64,000 bases of DNA, from assembly GCA_964016885.1 (NCBI GenBank), contig CAXHJY010001472.1:1036176-1100175 (forward strand), in the 5' to 3' direction. The notes beneath the pieces were generated by a model, which had not been told where the DNA came from, did no database searches, and saw only the letters and a program-made list of their open reading frames with translations. A program made the translations under genes and the position numbers. Positions 52,402-63,995 of this stretch are shown piece after piece. Origin of the DNA: Eledone cirrhosa. Its lineage: Eukaryota. Every line of letters begins with the position of its first letter. Position 1 is the first letter of the stretch.

Positions 52402-53221
52402 CTATATATATATATACTCTATCAAATGGAAGAAGTATACTGCCATATATTGAAGATTACTACAATAACTAGGGAGCGAAGGAAAAGATATGCCAGACAT
52501 TCCTACCGATGAATGGATGACCTGATGATCTGGCTCCTGTGGTGGATACCTAAACATAGTAAGACCCTAGTGAGATGACTGAAAATGTCCTACATAGATC
52601 AGATGTCTAGGGATGTTCAGGCAGGGACTAATGATTTCAAGAATGCCACGAAACAATAATATATATTAATGAACATTTATTATTCTCCTTCTCTGGAAGA
52701 AATAACCTGTTCCAACCTGGTGAGTGAAGGGTTCCACCAAGCTTCAAATGCCCTCAGTGACACCCCTATGACTCCATCAGTGCAAGAAAAACAAAACAAG
52801 ATTGATGTGTTTATATGTGTTATTTTACAAACACTAACTGGTTTATGTTTATATTTATGACAAAATATCCACATTTATGTGTAAATAAAAACAATTTTAT
52901 AACTTTAATATTTGTTGATGGGACTTTCATGACAGTTGAAATTATGACTTTTTTTAGAAATAATTCACATTTGAAAATACTTTACAACTTTCTTCTCTTG
53001 CCAAACAAAGGTTTGGTAGGACCCTTCAGTTGTGTCAAAGACATGACAACCTCTTTAGTACTGGTGCCACAATAAAATACAGTCAGTAGAATGTAGAATA
53101 ACCACTGCCCCCTGGTTTGTAAAGACCTGTCCCACCCTTGCTAGCAGGGAAAGTAGACATTAAATGATGATCTATGATGTCATTGGTGCCAAGTTGTTTC
53201 AGCTATTCCCTTGGACAACGT

Positions 53222-53553
53222 TATATATAATGTGTATGTAGTATATATATAGTTTATATATTGTCTATATGTTGCATATACTCTATATATGCAGTATATA
53301 TATATATATAGTGTATATTTTGTGTATATGTAGCACCTACACTATATACATAGTATTTATATGTTTATATATAGTGTATATATTGTGTATATGCAGCACT
53401 TACACTATATACATAGTATTTATATATATATAGTGTATATTCTGAGTATATGTAGCACATACACTATATACATAGTATTTATATATATAGTGTATATATT
53501 GTGTATATGTAGTACATAGTATTTATATATATATATATAGTGTATATTTTGTG
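53222..53553. repeat. AT-rich degenerate ~55-60-bp minisatellite (shorter version at 45725-45870)
   Basis: Repeated tagtgtatat..tgtgtatatgtagcac..acactatatacatagtattt units. Confidence 0.65.
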
Positions 53554-54107
53554 TATCATCATTACATCTACTATTCCATGCTTGCATGGGTTGGACGGGT
53601 CCTTCTTAGCATGACATCTCTCCACTAGATGCATTCCTTCGTCATCTCCTCTTCCAGTCTTCACGATTTGAGTTAAGCTCTCACAACATTTGCCCTTGAC
53701 TTTCTTGGTCATCCTCTACTGCAGCTTCCTTCCACTAGGATTTCCTCAGCTTGTCCAAGCTCTGTATTTCTCTCACATATACGTTGCAGATCCAACAAAA
53801 CATGGTTGCTTCATTTTTCTCCAGCCTAATCGCATCATCTGCAGTCACAGCCCATGTTTCTCTAGCATGCAGTATTGTGCACTTCACACAGGCTTTATAT
53901 ACCCTTCCTTTTATAAGTAGAGAGAAACCTTATGTTATCAGCAGTAGTAGTTCACTAAACTTCCATCCTATCCTTATTCAAGCCATCATACTCTTGGCAC
54001 ACCCTCCTCTGCTGTTGATTAGGTCACCTAGATAGCAGAAGCTATCAACCACATCTGTGACTGGAAACGGTTTATAACAGTAGCACTCTTCCTCTCAATT
54101 TCTGCTG
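53554..54107 (-). mobile_element. RTE LINE fragment (paralog of 45872)
   Basis: Near-identical to 45872-46420. Confidence 0.75.
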
Positions 54108-54111
54108 TACT

Positions 54112-54705
54112 GCCTAACCAACCACTTCCTCTCTGTCCCCACACTGCTGATTTCCTACTCAAAATTAGAAAGACAACAGCTCACTTGAGGAAGGAGTCCC
54201 ATGAGGTGGAATGGTTGTTGCAGTGGGTGTCTCTGGCTATTCTTTGTGGTAACACCTTTGCCATTTTGTCTGTAGGGTGGGGCTGAATCACCACTCAGAC
54301 TGGAATATAGTGTCTGTCCCTCACCCTCCCACATTGTTTTCGTTGCTTGATTCGTTTTCGTTTTCCTTCTTTTCATTTCCATTTCTTAAATATTTTATTA
54401 CCTTTAATAATGTATTTTGGTTTAATATGAACAGTTATATAAAATTCCGAATGTTATTTACACAAATCTGAATAAAGATTAGCTTATTGATTGAATGTGT
54501 GAATTGATATAACTGAAGTTGTTTCTGAATGTATTAAATTATTTAGGGGACTTTTAAGTCATGTCACCATCCGGAAAAGGAAACACAGTCAACGACACCA
54601 CGTACCTGCCATCTTAAGTATAACTTTAATTAATCTAATTATATTTTATGTAGTAATTATTTCATGTTAAAGTGAAAGTTAATATTGTGTAGATAACATA
54701 GAGTG
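54112..54705 (+). repeat. Third, older partial copy of the ZNF upstream region (unit C), lacking both SINEs
   Basis: tgtccccacactgctgatttcc...gggtggggctgaatcac...aaatattttattacctttaataatg...gaagttgtttctgaatgtattaaatt is colinear with 40510-42060 minus the insertions. Confidence 0.8.
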
Positions 54706-54774
54706 AGCTACATGTTTCAAGGTAGGTGTTGCTACATGATTAAATATTTCATTTCATGTGAGAAATAAACATAT

Positions 54775-55030
54775 ATGCCTTCAGACTGGAGGAAAGGAAC
54801 TTCCAGTGTGAAACATGTTGGACATCTTTTATTCTGAATTCTACTCATGTTGGCCACATAGTCAGACTGCAGAAAAAGGACCTTCCCCAGTGAAACATGT
54901 GGGAAATATTTTGTGACTAACAGTAACTTAGAAACACACACTGGTGATAAAACTATTTAACTGTGAACCCTGAGATACCCTTCCTTTTCCCAGTCTAAAC
55001 TTATTGTCCACCAACATCAAAAATGTAACC
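54775..55030 (+). pseudogene. Highly degenerate C2H2 zinc-finger relic (~3 units)
   Basis: Fragments FQCETCWTSF and ETCGKYFVTNSNLETHTGDK, in the position expected for the ZNF of unit C. Confidence 0.7.
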
Positions 55031-55170
55031 ATAACACTTCTACAGACTCCATTTCTTAAATATGTTTTTAACTAGAAACAAAATTCTTTGCATGTCTAAC
55101 TTTTGGCTTCCTAAATTCATTTTTAATGATAGAAATGTAAAATTTCTTTTTTTTTCGGTAATACCTAAAA

Positions 55171-56883
55171 TTCCCTGTTGTATTGTATTAGTGAGAGACT
55201 CTCTATCACCTGAGGTAATGCTGTGTCTCAGAAATACTAGAGGTCAACACCAACATTCCCTGTTGTATTGCATTAGTGAGAGACCCTCTATCACCTGAGG
55301 TAATGCTGTGTCTCAGAAATACTAGAGGTCAACACCAACATTCCCTGTTGTATTGCATTAGTGAGAGACCCTCTATCACCTGAGGTAATGCTGTGTCTCA
55401 GAAATACTAGAGGTCAACACCAACATTTCCTGTTGTATTGCATTAGTGGGAGACTCTCTATCACCTGAGGTAATGCTGTGTCTCAGAAATACTAGAGGTC
55501 AACACCAACATTCCCTGTTTTATTGCATTAGTGAGAGACTCTCTATCATCTGAGGTAATGCTGTGTCTCAGAAATACTAGAGGTCAACACCAACATTCCC
55601 TGTTGTATTGCATTAGTGAGAGACCCTCTATCACCTGAGGTAATGCTGTGTCTCAGAAATACTAGAGGTCAACACCAACATTCCCTGTTGTATTGCATTA
55701 GTGGGAGACTCTCTATCACCTGAGGTAATGCTGTGTCTCAGAAATACTAGAGGTCAACACCAACATTCCCTGTTGTATTGCATTAGTGGAGGACCCTCTA
55801 TCACCTGAGGTAATGCTGTGTCTCAGAAATACTAAAGGTCAACACCAACATTCCCTGTTGTATTGCATTAGTGAGAGACCCTCTATCACCTGAGGTAATG
55901 CTGTGTCTCAGAAATACTAGAGGTCAACACCAACATTCCCTGTTGTATTGCATTAGTGGGAGACTCTCTATCACCTGAGGTAATGCTGTGTCTCAGAAAT
56001 ACTAGAGGTCAACACCAACATTCCCTGTTTTATTGCATTAGTGAGAGACTCTCTATCATCTGAGGTAATGCTGTGTCTCAGAAATAGTAGAGGTCAACAC
56101 CAACATTCCCTGTTGTATTGCATTAGTGAGAGACTCTCTATCATCTGAGGTAATGCTGTGTCTCAGAAATACTAGAGGTCAACACCAACATTCCCTGTTG
56201 TATTGCATTAGTGTGAGACCCTCTATCACCTGAGGTAATGCTGTGTCTCAGAAATACTAGAGGTCAACACCAACATTCCCTGTTGTATTGCATTAGTGTG
56301 AGACCCTCTATCACCTGAGGTAATGCTGTGTCTCAGAAATACTAGAGGTCAACACCAACATTCCCTCTTGTATTGCATTAGTGAGAGACCCTCTATCACC
56401 TGAGGTAATGCTGTGTCTCAGAAATACTAGAGGTCAACACCAACATTCCCTGTTGTATTGCATTAGTGGGAGACTCTCTATCACCTGAGGTAATGCTGTG
56501 TCTCAGAAATAGTAGAGGTCAACACCAACATTCCCTGTTTTATTGCATTAGTGAGAGACTCTCTATCATCTGAGGTAATGCTGTGTCTCAGAAATACTAG
56601 AGGTCAACACCAACATTCCCTCTTGTATTGCATTAGTGAGAGACCCTCTATCACCTGAGGTAATGCTGTGTCTCAGAAATACTAGAGGTCAGCACCAACA
56701 TTCCCTGTTGTATTGCATTAGTGGGAGACTCTCTATCACCTGAGGTAATGCTGTGTCTCAGAAATACTAGAGGTCAACACCAACATTCCCTGTTGTATTG
56801 CATTAGTTGAGGACACTCTATCATCTGAGGTAATGCTGTCTTATCTCTGATATGTTAGAGGGCAACACCAACATTCCCTCTTG
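55171..56883. repeat. 85-bp minisatellite, ~20 near-identical copies
   Basis: tgaggtaatg at 55211, 55296, 55381 ... 56826 (constant 85-bp period). Confidence 0.97.
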
Positions 56884-56969
56884 TGGTGTGCAATTGATGC
56901 AGTGTATATGTCTTTTCCTAGTTTTATTCTTCTTTTTTTTTTGAGTAAATTATTTTCATAATATATAAT

Positions 56970-57045
56970 AAAGCCAGAATCAGTTCCTGTCCCAACCTTG
57001 CAAGCAGGGTAAAGCAGACGTAAAATGATGATGATAATAATGATA
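56970..57045 (+). mobile_element. Short RTE/SINE-type 3' end
   Basis: aagccagaatcagttcctgtccc...gcagacgtaaaatgatgatgataataatgat. Confidence 0.6.
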
Positions 57046-57489
57046 AATAAATTATATTTATCTCCTGAAATTCAATCTATTTTTGTTAAGTAAAGAGTTA
57101 CATTTGAGGAATTTGTCCAGTCTGTGATTCCATATTTTTGTTAATTTCCCATCTAAATATCTGTTATGAACACCATATGTAATGATATCTTGAAAGTAGT
57201 TAGAAGAAATCAAACACAAACACTTCATTGGTATTTGAAATGTTTAAAATTCTATTGAACTTTGTTGTTTTTAAAACTTGTAAGGCCCCAGAGGTTTTAA
57301 TGGCTACTTCAACACATCTCCCTCACTAACTTCAAGGTTAACCCTTTCTCCATTCTGTCCTTAGCCAGGAGTATGAGGCAACTGGTACCTGGGTTTCTGC
57401 AGGCCAGAGAGAATTTTGAGATACTGTCTTGGCTGGTATCATTGGGGTAGTGATAGTATAGGTTACTGAGTGTTGTTAGACACAGTAAA

Positions 57490-57955
57490 TAATGGTATTT
57501 GATGTAGGCACAGGCCCAATAATATTGGGGGTGGGGAAAGTTGATTAAATCAACCTCAGTGCATTACTGGTACTTTATTTTATCAACACCCACATGATTT
57601 GAACTCAGAATGTAACAGGACATAACTATATGATGCAAAGCTTGTTGTCTGGCGCTCTACCGATTAACGTCAATTTACTGCACTACTCACACTAAATAAA
57701 AGTGTTTTGAGAAATTTGAAGCAACAAACATGTTAAATCTCTATTTATTTGTAAATTAGGCTCAAGACCAGCAATTATGGGGGAAGGGCAAAGTTTATTA
57801 AATCAACCGTAGTACATATAATATATTTTATCTAGCCTAGAAGAATGAAATATAAAATTTACCTCAGTGGGATTTGAACTCAGAATATTAAAAACCAGGA
57901 CAAATACTGCAATGGTAGGTTATCTGACACTCTACCAATTCTGTCATTCTACCAT
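57490..57955 (-). mobile_element. Two old, degenerate tRNA-SINE copies
   Basis: Reverse B-box gatttgaactcagaa at ~57597 and ~57871, with actggtactttattttatc and ctctacc(g/a)att head remnants. Confidence 0.65.
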
Positions 57956-58448
57956 CTTTGTTTAAATCTATATTAAAGTAAATGTAGAATATATTTGTCC
58001 TTCTACCATTTGAAATTCTACTGAAATCATCTCAGAACAACACAGTAGTGTTTCAATAGAGCTGTTATTTATTAAATCATTTATTTAAACCGTCCGTATC
58101 TGGCCAGAATTCTCTTACATTTTCTGTTCTAACTGGCCCCAACAAGCCGCTCATGCTGATGTTAAGGTATTGTTCCCAAAATAAATAACATCAAAATCTC
58201 ATAGATACAATATTTTGTGAGATAATTATGTTTACTGCGAAAATATAATAGTAAATATAGAGTAACGTTAATGATAAAGGCTTAACTAAACCTAGAAGAA
58301 AAGCAGACGTTACTGGATATTAATTCAGTGATTAGTGCTAAGGGAGACAACACCGTCTGGCTTAAATTAAGTCCCAGGTTAGTATGGTCAGGTAAACTTA
58401 TAATTAAAGGTTTTCCTGTCGTTACAATAAACTACAATGGCATATATA

Positions 58449-58479
<31 letters not shown>

Positions 58480-58724
58480 TAGTAATAAACGGACGATATA
58501 TACTTTATAGCATCTCTATTTATTTCATTATATATATTTCGAAGATCAAAGTTTTATGTATAACAGGAAGCAACACATGTTCTCCTTAGAGAAAATACAG
58601 AGAAAATGTATAATTTTTTACTGATATGTTGGTAGACAAACGAACTGGACAGATCGATGACCACCAGGTATGTATATATGTATATATATATATATATATA
58701 TATACATATATATACTCAAATAAT

Positions 58725-58888
58725 TGATTCTACTTTTGGCCATAAATTAACTGGTTCTTTATTTTATTGACCCCGTAAGGATGAAAGGCAAAGTTGACCT
58801 CGGCGGGATTTGAACTCAGAATGGAAAGGGCCGTAACTCTATGCGTCAAAGCATGGCGTCCGACCATCTACCGATACTGCCAATCTAC
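58725..58888 (-). mobile_element. tRNA-derived SINE
   Basis: ggatgaaaggcaaagttgacctcggcgggatttgaactcagaatg...gatactgccaatc is the reverse complement of the 41439 SINE. Confidence 0.85.
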
Positions 58889-58976
58889 ATTTGATGTGTT
58901 TTGATTCATTATTTGAGTATATAACACATCAGATATGTTTGTGTTTCTCAATAAGGAGGCTCAATAGACTTTATCT

Positions 58977-59001
58977 AGAGCCATAACAACCAAATACAAA
59001 G

Positions 59002-59038
<37 letters not shown>

Positions 59039-59058
59039 CATAACAACCATACACAAAG

Positions 59059-59096
<38 letters not shown>

Positions 59097-59212
59097 CCAT
59101 AATAACCAAATATAAAGATATATATATATATATAGAGAGAGAGAGATAGAGCGAGAGACATAACAACCAAATACAAAGATATATATATATAGAGAGAGAG
59201 AAAGACCCATAT
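58977..59212. repeat. Compound tandem repeat: [cataacaaccaaatacaaaga (TA)n (GA)n] x4
   Basis: Four ~58-62-bp units read directly. Confidence 0.85.
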
Positions 59213-59251
59213 ATCATATATCTTACACGATATTTGGCTCTTTCTCTCTCT

Positions 59252-59308
59252 GTATATATAACCAAGTGAAAAGATATATATATATATATTTCCACTTGGT
59301 TATATACA
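59252..59308. repeat. Small inverted repeat around (TA)n
   Basis: tataaccaagtg(a)aaa / ttt(c)cacttggttata. Confidence 0.7.
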
Positions 59309-59356
59309 TATTATAAGAACAGATTAAAGTTTAAGCAAAGAATCACTGCTTTCACC

Positions 59357-59471
59357 TCTGGAGAGGTTGTGGGGAGTATGTGTGTGTTTTGTAGGATGTT
59401 AGTTTTAACTGTGAGAGTTTATTCTCGAGATCCTACAAAAACACACCCATACTCACCACAACCTCTCCAGA
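59357..59471. repeat. Inverted repeat (~41-bp arms) at the 5' end of the Penelope RT fragment
   Basis: tctggagaggttgtggggagtatgtgtgtgttttgtaggat / atcctacaaaaacacacccatactcaccacaacctctccaga. Confidence 0.85.
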
Positions 59472-59490
59472 CCACAACTCGCTACCCTAA

Positions 59491-59755
59491 GTTAACCTCA
59501 GATCTAAGAACCTTGTATACCTCTCATCGGACAAGGGAAAATAGTTTTGTGTTATTACCAGAGAGGCCTACAACAACCGAGCCCACCAACATCTCAACTA
59601 TGACAGTCTCTACTCGGACGTCACTGGAATTACACCCACACTGATAGAGAACCAGATCAACACTGCCTGGACCAACATCTCGAAGGCTCCCGAAGAGATT
59701 CTGGTAGAATTACATAACAAGAAACACCAGACTGCCCAACTTCTGCCATCTGATC
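59491..59755 (+). mobile_element. Penelope-like element reverse transcriptase fragment (decayed)
   Basis: Manual translation: VNLRSKNLVYLSSDKGK*FCVITREAYNNRAHQHLNYDSLY...IENQINTAW and, after a frameshift, ITRNTRLPNFCHLI. These match the PLE N-terminal DKG motif and the PxFYxLxKxHK motif. Confidence 0.72.
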
Positions 59756-60217
59756 ATTTTACAGGACAGGAAAATGTTTTTTTAATCAGAAATCAGTGAA
59801 TAATTAGTTTTTACTAAATTTTCTTGACTTTATTTGACAACTAAAGTACGTATTATTTCATTTTCCATCACAACACAAACATTGTGAACTTTTCTAGTAT
59901 CTGAAGTGAAATATCTTGACTTATTACAACACGTACACACATATTTCTATACACACGTCTATTTCTCTCTCTCATACGTACACACTGTATGTCTGTATAT
60001 ATATATATGTGTATATATATTAACCTTCATCTTTTGAAATTATGGATATTAATTTTCTTCTGACCTGAACTGTCCTCAATAACAAGAACCTTAACTATAG
60101 AAGTTTTATTCATCTGTTTTATGAGCTGAGGATGTTATTGTGAATAGAGCTTCTCTCACCTAAGCAAATAAAATAGTGGTATACTCCACAATAATCACTT
60201 ATATATATATATAAAGC

Positions 60218-60398
60218 ACCCAGCACTCACTGTAAATGAGGTTGGTGCTAGGAAGGGCATCCAGCTGTAGAAATCAAGCCAGAATCAGTTCCCGTATGAG
60301 CAAGACAAGGTCAGCTGACCAGACACTGCCCACGACAGGACAACACATCTAACCCATGCTAGCGTGGAAGAACGGACCTAAAACAGTGATGATGATGA
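60218..60398 (+). mobile_element. RTE/SINE-type 3' end inserted into the (TA)n of unit D only
   Basis: ggttggtgctaggaagggcatccagctgtagaaatc...gatgatgatg, flanked by duplicated tatatatataa(a)gcac. Absent at 42600 and 49885. Confidence 0.75.
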
Positions 60399-60645
60399 TA
60401 TATATATATATATAAGCACTTGCTTTTTCTTCATCCAAGATCAGTCTTACGCTGTCATATGTCTTATTACTTGTACCAACTAAATGCTACATTACAACTT
60501 TGTAGAAGAAGAAAGCGGAGTTCTGCAGTCTTTTATGGACCCTGTGTATATTAGACTACATGGCATCTATTAACCATATCTACATATCTTAATGTATCAG
60601 TAGAAGTGGTGAGAATCCTTTATGTAAAGATCTCTAGCTAGAAAT

Positions 60646-60891
60646 ATGTCTGAATATAGCTGTGAGATTTGTAGGAAAACTTTCTCTTCAAAACTGAAAC
60701 TATCCTCACACGAGAAAATACACAGTAGAGAAAAACCCTTCCACTGTGAAATATGTGAGAAATCTTTCACTTATAATTCTAATCTTGTCATCCACATACG
60801 GAGTCACACTGAAGAAAAACCCTTCCATTGTGAAATATGTGAGAAATCCTTCCCATGGATTACTTCGCTGGTTGTTCACAAATGTAGTTAA
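60646..60891 (+). pseudogene. Short C2H2 zinc-finger gene (3 units; third truncated by CAA>TAA before its last His)
   Basis: 81-aa ORF with the same first finger and terminus as genes A and B; linkers degenerate (SREKP, TEEKP). Confidence 0.75.
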
Positions 60892-60988
60892 CACTAGTGA
60901 TAAACCCCATCACTGTGAAATGTGAAACACACAAATATACAGACACACTCTGGAAAGAAGAAAATAAATATACATATGTGTGTCTGTC

Positions 60989-61033
<45 letters not shown>

Positions 61034-61040
61034 AGGGTAG

Positions 61041-61634
61041 TTGTCCTTAAATGCTTGCAGTTTATGCAACAAGATACATCTGTTTAACTCCTACGTCAGA
61101 AGCATCGACCCTGACTTCATCACAGTCACTGAAACATGGGCACATTCCTTACTCTGTGATGGGGTTTTCAGCATTACTGGGTACAACCTTTTCTGCAAGG
61201 ACCGCATTAATCGCCGTGGTGGTGGTGTGATGGTCTACGTTCGTTCAATCTTTTTGGTAATTCCTTGCGTTGATTTGAACGAATTACAAGAAGAAGTTTT
61301 TTTTTGTGACCTACGTATGACCATGTCAATACTTCTGCTTGGTATTGTTTATCGCCCCCCAAACTACCATCAGGACACACAGCTTTGCGATATCCTCAGA
61401 GTTGCTGCCAAGAAAACAGCCACTTATGTGTTTATTGCAGGTGACTTCAATCATCGTGAGATCGATTGGAAAACCTTTCGTTGGCCACAAAGTGCAAACG
61501 ATATCCTTGAACTAGTGCTGGACTCAAACTGGTCACAAGTAGTCACCTCTCCAATAAGAGGTGACAACACTTTGGACCTGATCTTCAACACTCTCCTGAA
61601 GTGGTTATCAGTTGTTCTACTGAGGAACCTCTAG
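61041..61634 (+). CDS. LINE APE endonuclease domain (frameshifted at ~61590)
   Basis: ORF track 197 aa with APE motifs. The true continuation PEVV...EPLGESDH lies in another frame. Confidence 0.8.
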   Translation: MSLNACSLCNKIHLFNSYVRSIDPDFITVTETWAHSLLCDGVFSITGYNLFCKDRINRRGGGVMVYVRSIFLVIPCVDLNELQEEVFFCDLRMTMSILLLGIVYRPPNYHQDTQLCDILRVAAKKTATYVFIAGDFNHREIDWKTFRWPQSANDILELVLDSNWSQVVTSPIRGDNTLDLIFNTLLKWLSVVLLRNL

Positions 61635-61658
61635 GCGAATCTGATCATGCTATGATCA

Positions 61659-63797
61659 TTGCCAATCTGGCACTTGAGGGCAGCAAACCAGAGCCATCTC
61701 CAATCTGCTTGCTTTGATTGGAATAAAGCAGATTGGAACTTGTACTGCACTGAGCTACAGCGCCCAAACTGGCATGAGATGTATAACTCTGGAGATGTGA
61801 ACACTATACTCCAGAGCATCCTGGACTCAATATGGATAGCATGTGCAGCATCGGTGCCACGTAAGCAGAAAAAAACCACCCCAAAAGTGCAATTTGGGAA
61901 ACTTCAGCAGTCCGACTTGCCAGGAAAGAATGTTGGGATGCTGAACGGGAATATAAACTGCATAAATCAGATGCCAACAGAAAAAAAGCAGAATAAATCT
62001 TCTAACCATCTCAAGCAAGGGACAAAGAAGGCAGTGCTTGAATTTGAACAGTGCATAGCAACCATTCCTGACAGTAAGGTGTTCTGGAAATATGTTCATT
62101 CAAAGCAGCGACCTCACTCCCCAGTTGGTCCTCTTCACAATCCCCACACAAGCCAGATCACTGACGATCCCAAAGAATGCGCAGAACTCATTGCTGAGTG
62201 CTATGCAAGGATTTTTACTGTTGAAAACCAGAACGTACCATCTCCACCATCTCTAACATCAAATTCCATAACAACTATGGAATTTACACCTGCAATGTTG
62301 CGACGTCACCTTAAGAATAAGTGCAACTCTGCCTCCCCTGGTCTTGATGGTGTTACATACCTGCTTCTCAAACGTGGCGGGTATTTCCTTTTGCGCCAGC
62401 TTTCTTTCTTCTTTCAATACTGTCTCAAAAATGGTGCTACTCCGGAGCAGTGGAAAACTGCCAGTGTCATTCCCCTGTTCAAAAAGGGCAACCGCATGTC
62501 ACCTGTCAACTATCGTCCAGTCAGTCTTACTAGCTGTATGGCCAAACTGATGGAATCCTGTGTCAGAGAAACACTTTGGAACTTCTGGAGCTCTCACAGC
62601 CTCATCCGGCCCTCACAGTTTGGATTTATCCCTAACTCCAGCTGCTGTGATCAGCTTATCGAGTTCCTTGAAGACATTACCCGGATCACTGACAGCGGCT
62701 CATGGGTGGATGTTGTTTACCTTGACTTCACTAAGGCTTTTAATTCTGTGCCACATAAAAGACTTATGGCAAAACTCTCTGCAATGGGTGTGAGGGATGA
62801 TCTTTTCAACTGGTTGAAATCCTTCATTCTCAGCCGAAAAGAGGTAGTCACGGTTCTAGGACAGCATTCTTCACCATATGAGATGTCATCTGGTGTACCA
62901 CAGGGATCTGTTCTTGGTCCCCTTTTGTTTGTGGCATATATTAATGACATATATGCCAACTTAAAGAATGCCACGGTACTGAAATATGCAGATGACATCA
63001 AGCTGTACCTTGAAATCAAAAGGACTGATCCTGAAATCTACAACTCTTTCCTACAATCAGACCTGGACACAATGCAGCAATGGATCACAGACTGGCAACT
63101 GAAGCTGGCTGTGGACAAGTGTACCACCATGCATTTTGGGAGGAAAAATCCAGCGTCCACATACTCCCTCCACAACACTGATATCAAAAAGTCCTCTTGT
63201 GAACGTGACCTGGGCATTACTGTCAGCAACGATGTGCGTTGGACAAAGCATGTCTCTAAGATTGTCAAGAAGGCCGAGGGTGTCTTGGCATCACTCAGCA
63301 AGACCTTTGTTAGCCGCTCTCCAGCCATCTATTTAAAACTGTATACAGCTATGGTACGACCACACTTGGAATTCGCATCATCAGTCTGGAATCCCTATCT
63401 TGCTCAGAACATTGACCTCCTGGAAACTGTTCAGAGACGTGCAACCAAGCGCATACCCTCCATCAGACACCTACCATACTCTGAACGCCTTGCTTCCCTG
63501 GGCATGGATCCATTGAAGCTCCGACGTCTGGCAATGGACTTGGTGAATACCCACAAAGTTTTTAACCATCTCGCCAATTGCAACCCTGAGCGCCTCTTTG
63601 ATCTCCAGGTGTCTAACACACGTGGACATGCCTACAAGATCAGAAAACAGCACAGCTCCCATGACTTTCGTAGACATTTTTTCACGCTCAGAGTTGCTGA
63701 AGCATGGAACAAACTGCCTGCGTCAATTGTTAGCTGCCGAGACACTGCATCCTTTAAGACACTCATGCTTCCCGAAATACGCCAAAACTACACTTGA
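61659..63797 (+). CDS. LINE reverse transcriptase (712-aa open frame)
   Basis: RT subdomain motifs are present, including YADD; KAFD appears as KAFN. Confidence 0.88.
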   Translation: MPIWHLRAANQSHLQSACFDWNKADWNLYCTELQRPNWHEMYNSGDVNTILQSILDSIWIACAASVPRKQKKTTPKVQFGKLQQSDLPGKNVGMLNGNINCINQMPTEKKQNKSSNHLKQGTKKAVLEFEQCIATIPDSKVFWKYVHSKQRPHSPVGPLHNPHTSQITDDPKECAELIAECYARIFTVENQNVPSPPSLTSNSITTMEFTPAMLRRHLKNKCNSASPGLDGVTYLLLKRGGYFLLRQLSFFFQYCLKNGATPEQWKTASVIPLFKKGNRMSPVNYRPVSLTSCMAKLMESCVRETLWNFWSSHSLIRPSQFGFIPNSSCCDQLIEFLEDITRITDSGSWVDVVYLDFTKAFNSVPHKRLMAKLSAMGVRDDLFNWLKSFILSRKEVVTVLGQHSSPYEMSSGVPQGSVLGPLLFVAYINDIYANLKNATVLKYADDIKLYLEIKRTDPEIYNSFLQSDLDTMQQWITDWQLKLAVDKCTTMHFGRKNPASTYSLHNTDIKKSSCERDLGITVSNDVRWTKHVSKIVKKAEGVLASLSKTFVSRSPAIYLKLYTAMVRPHLEFASSVWNPYLAQNIDLLETVQRRATKRIPSIRHLPYSERLASLGMDPLKLRRLAMDLVNTHKVFNHLANCNPERLFDLQVSNTRGHAYKIRKQHSSHDFRRHFFTLRVAEAWNKLPASIVSCRDTASFKTLMLPEIRQNYT

Positions 63798-63830
63798 TGT
63801 GCCCCTTCCATACACATGCACACATGTGTG

Positions 63831-63995
63831 TATCATGACTCGTGCACTGTTCATTTTACTGATGTTTGTGCATTGCCCTATGTACTGTACATGCAGTTTT
63901 TTGATGAGTTGTGGTGCACCTGGGCACTGTACACAATATTTCATTATTGTTATTATTATTATATCATGACTCATACACTGTTCATTTTCCTGACA
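63831..63995 (+). repeat. Direct repeat in the LINE 3' UTR (~33 bp; may continue beyond the window)
   Basis: tatcatgactcgtgcactgttcattttactga (63831) vs tatcatgactcatacactgttcattttcctga (63962). Confidence 0.7.

Larger units (their letters stand above)
59755..60960 (+). repeat. Fourth paralogous block (unit D): proximal ZNF upstream region + ZNF + 3' flank
   Basis: cattttacaggacaggaaaat...gctagaaatATG is colinear with 42126-42831 and 49407-50117; the 3' flank taaaccccatcactgtgaaatgtg is shared. Confidence 0.9.
61026..63960 (+). mobile_element. 5'-truncated CR1-clade LINE (ORF2: APE endonuclease + RT), inserted at (TA)n
   Basis: APE motifs VTETW, DR..RRGGGV, YRPP, GDFN, LDL, with SDH in a shifted frame. 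RT motifs NYRPVSLTS, QFGF, YLDF.KAF, SGVPQGSVLGP, YADD. CR1-type C-terminus TRGH..K..FF..RV...WN.LP; (ATT)n tail. Confidence 0.93.

Noticed and set aside
61631-63974. Short overlapping ORFs on both strands within the LINE
   Set aside because: They are alternate-frame shadows of ORF2 with no independent motifs.
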